This document shows positions 63,766-64,000 of a DNA stretch of 64,000 nucleotides, one piece after another. The DNA is from Chara braunii (taxonomy: Eukaryota > Plantae > Charophyceae): the NCBI GenBank assembly GCA_003427395.1, contig BFEA01000012.1:5734016-5798015 (forward strand). The letters run 5' to 3'. The notes beneath the pieces are model-generated. The model worked only from the letters and a program-made list of their open reading frames with translations. It searched no databases and was not told the DNA's origin. A program made the position numbers and the translations under genes. Each line of letters opens with the position of its first letter. The stretch's first letter is position 1.

Positions 63766-64000
63766 TTTTTAGACACTCAGCCTACGCACGCCCTCAGCCT
63801 AGAGTGGCTGGCGGTGTCCTACTCGACATTCCCTCACTCACTGTGGCGTACGTAGCCATGTCGGAGTTCCTGCCATTTCCCGTGCAATTAGTATTTCCAC
63901 CACAGAGAAGGGTAGAAGCAAACACACATGCGGGCAGCAAATATCAATGTCAAATATTCCCCTTCTCGTTTTTTTTTTTTTGTTTTTTTTTTGTTTTTTT

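Overview
Eukaryotic, repeat-dominated draft-assembly window with five N gaps, most of them next to microsatellites or low-complexity runs. Plant-type U6, a chromovirus, Tx1/L1 LINEs and a Harbinger element suggest a green-plant genome; a charophyte such as Chara is my guess, not something I can prove. I see no intact host gene, only a decayed VHS-domain (TOM1-like) gene at the left edge. The rest is: a tandem Ty3/Gypsy chromovirus remnant; three L1-type LINE remnants, one an internally deleted LINE inserted with a 14-bp TSD into the RT of another; a probable PIF/Harbinger element (Myb/SANT ORF plus decayed transposase); and several MITE and SINE families. The most unusual signals are RNA-level. 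(1) Two diverged, head-to-tail copies of a large uncharacterised element (~32.4-39.7 kb and ~39.9-46.5 kb) each carry an array of stem-loops with a conserved core but co-varying stems, plus cUACGg hairpins and same-orientation MITE-core fragments. (2) A short (TA)n-flanked repeat carries a complete type III hammerhead ribozyme (two copies). (3) A tRNA-head + linker + U6 snRNA chimera is present twice. All alignments were made by eye; coordinates of decayed elements are approximate.
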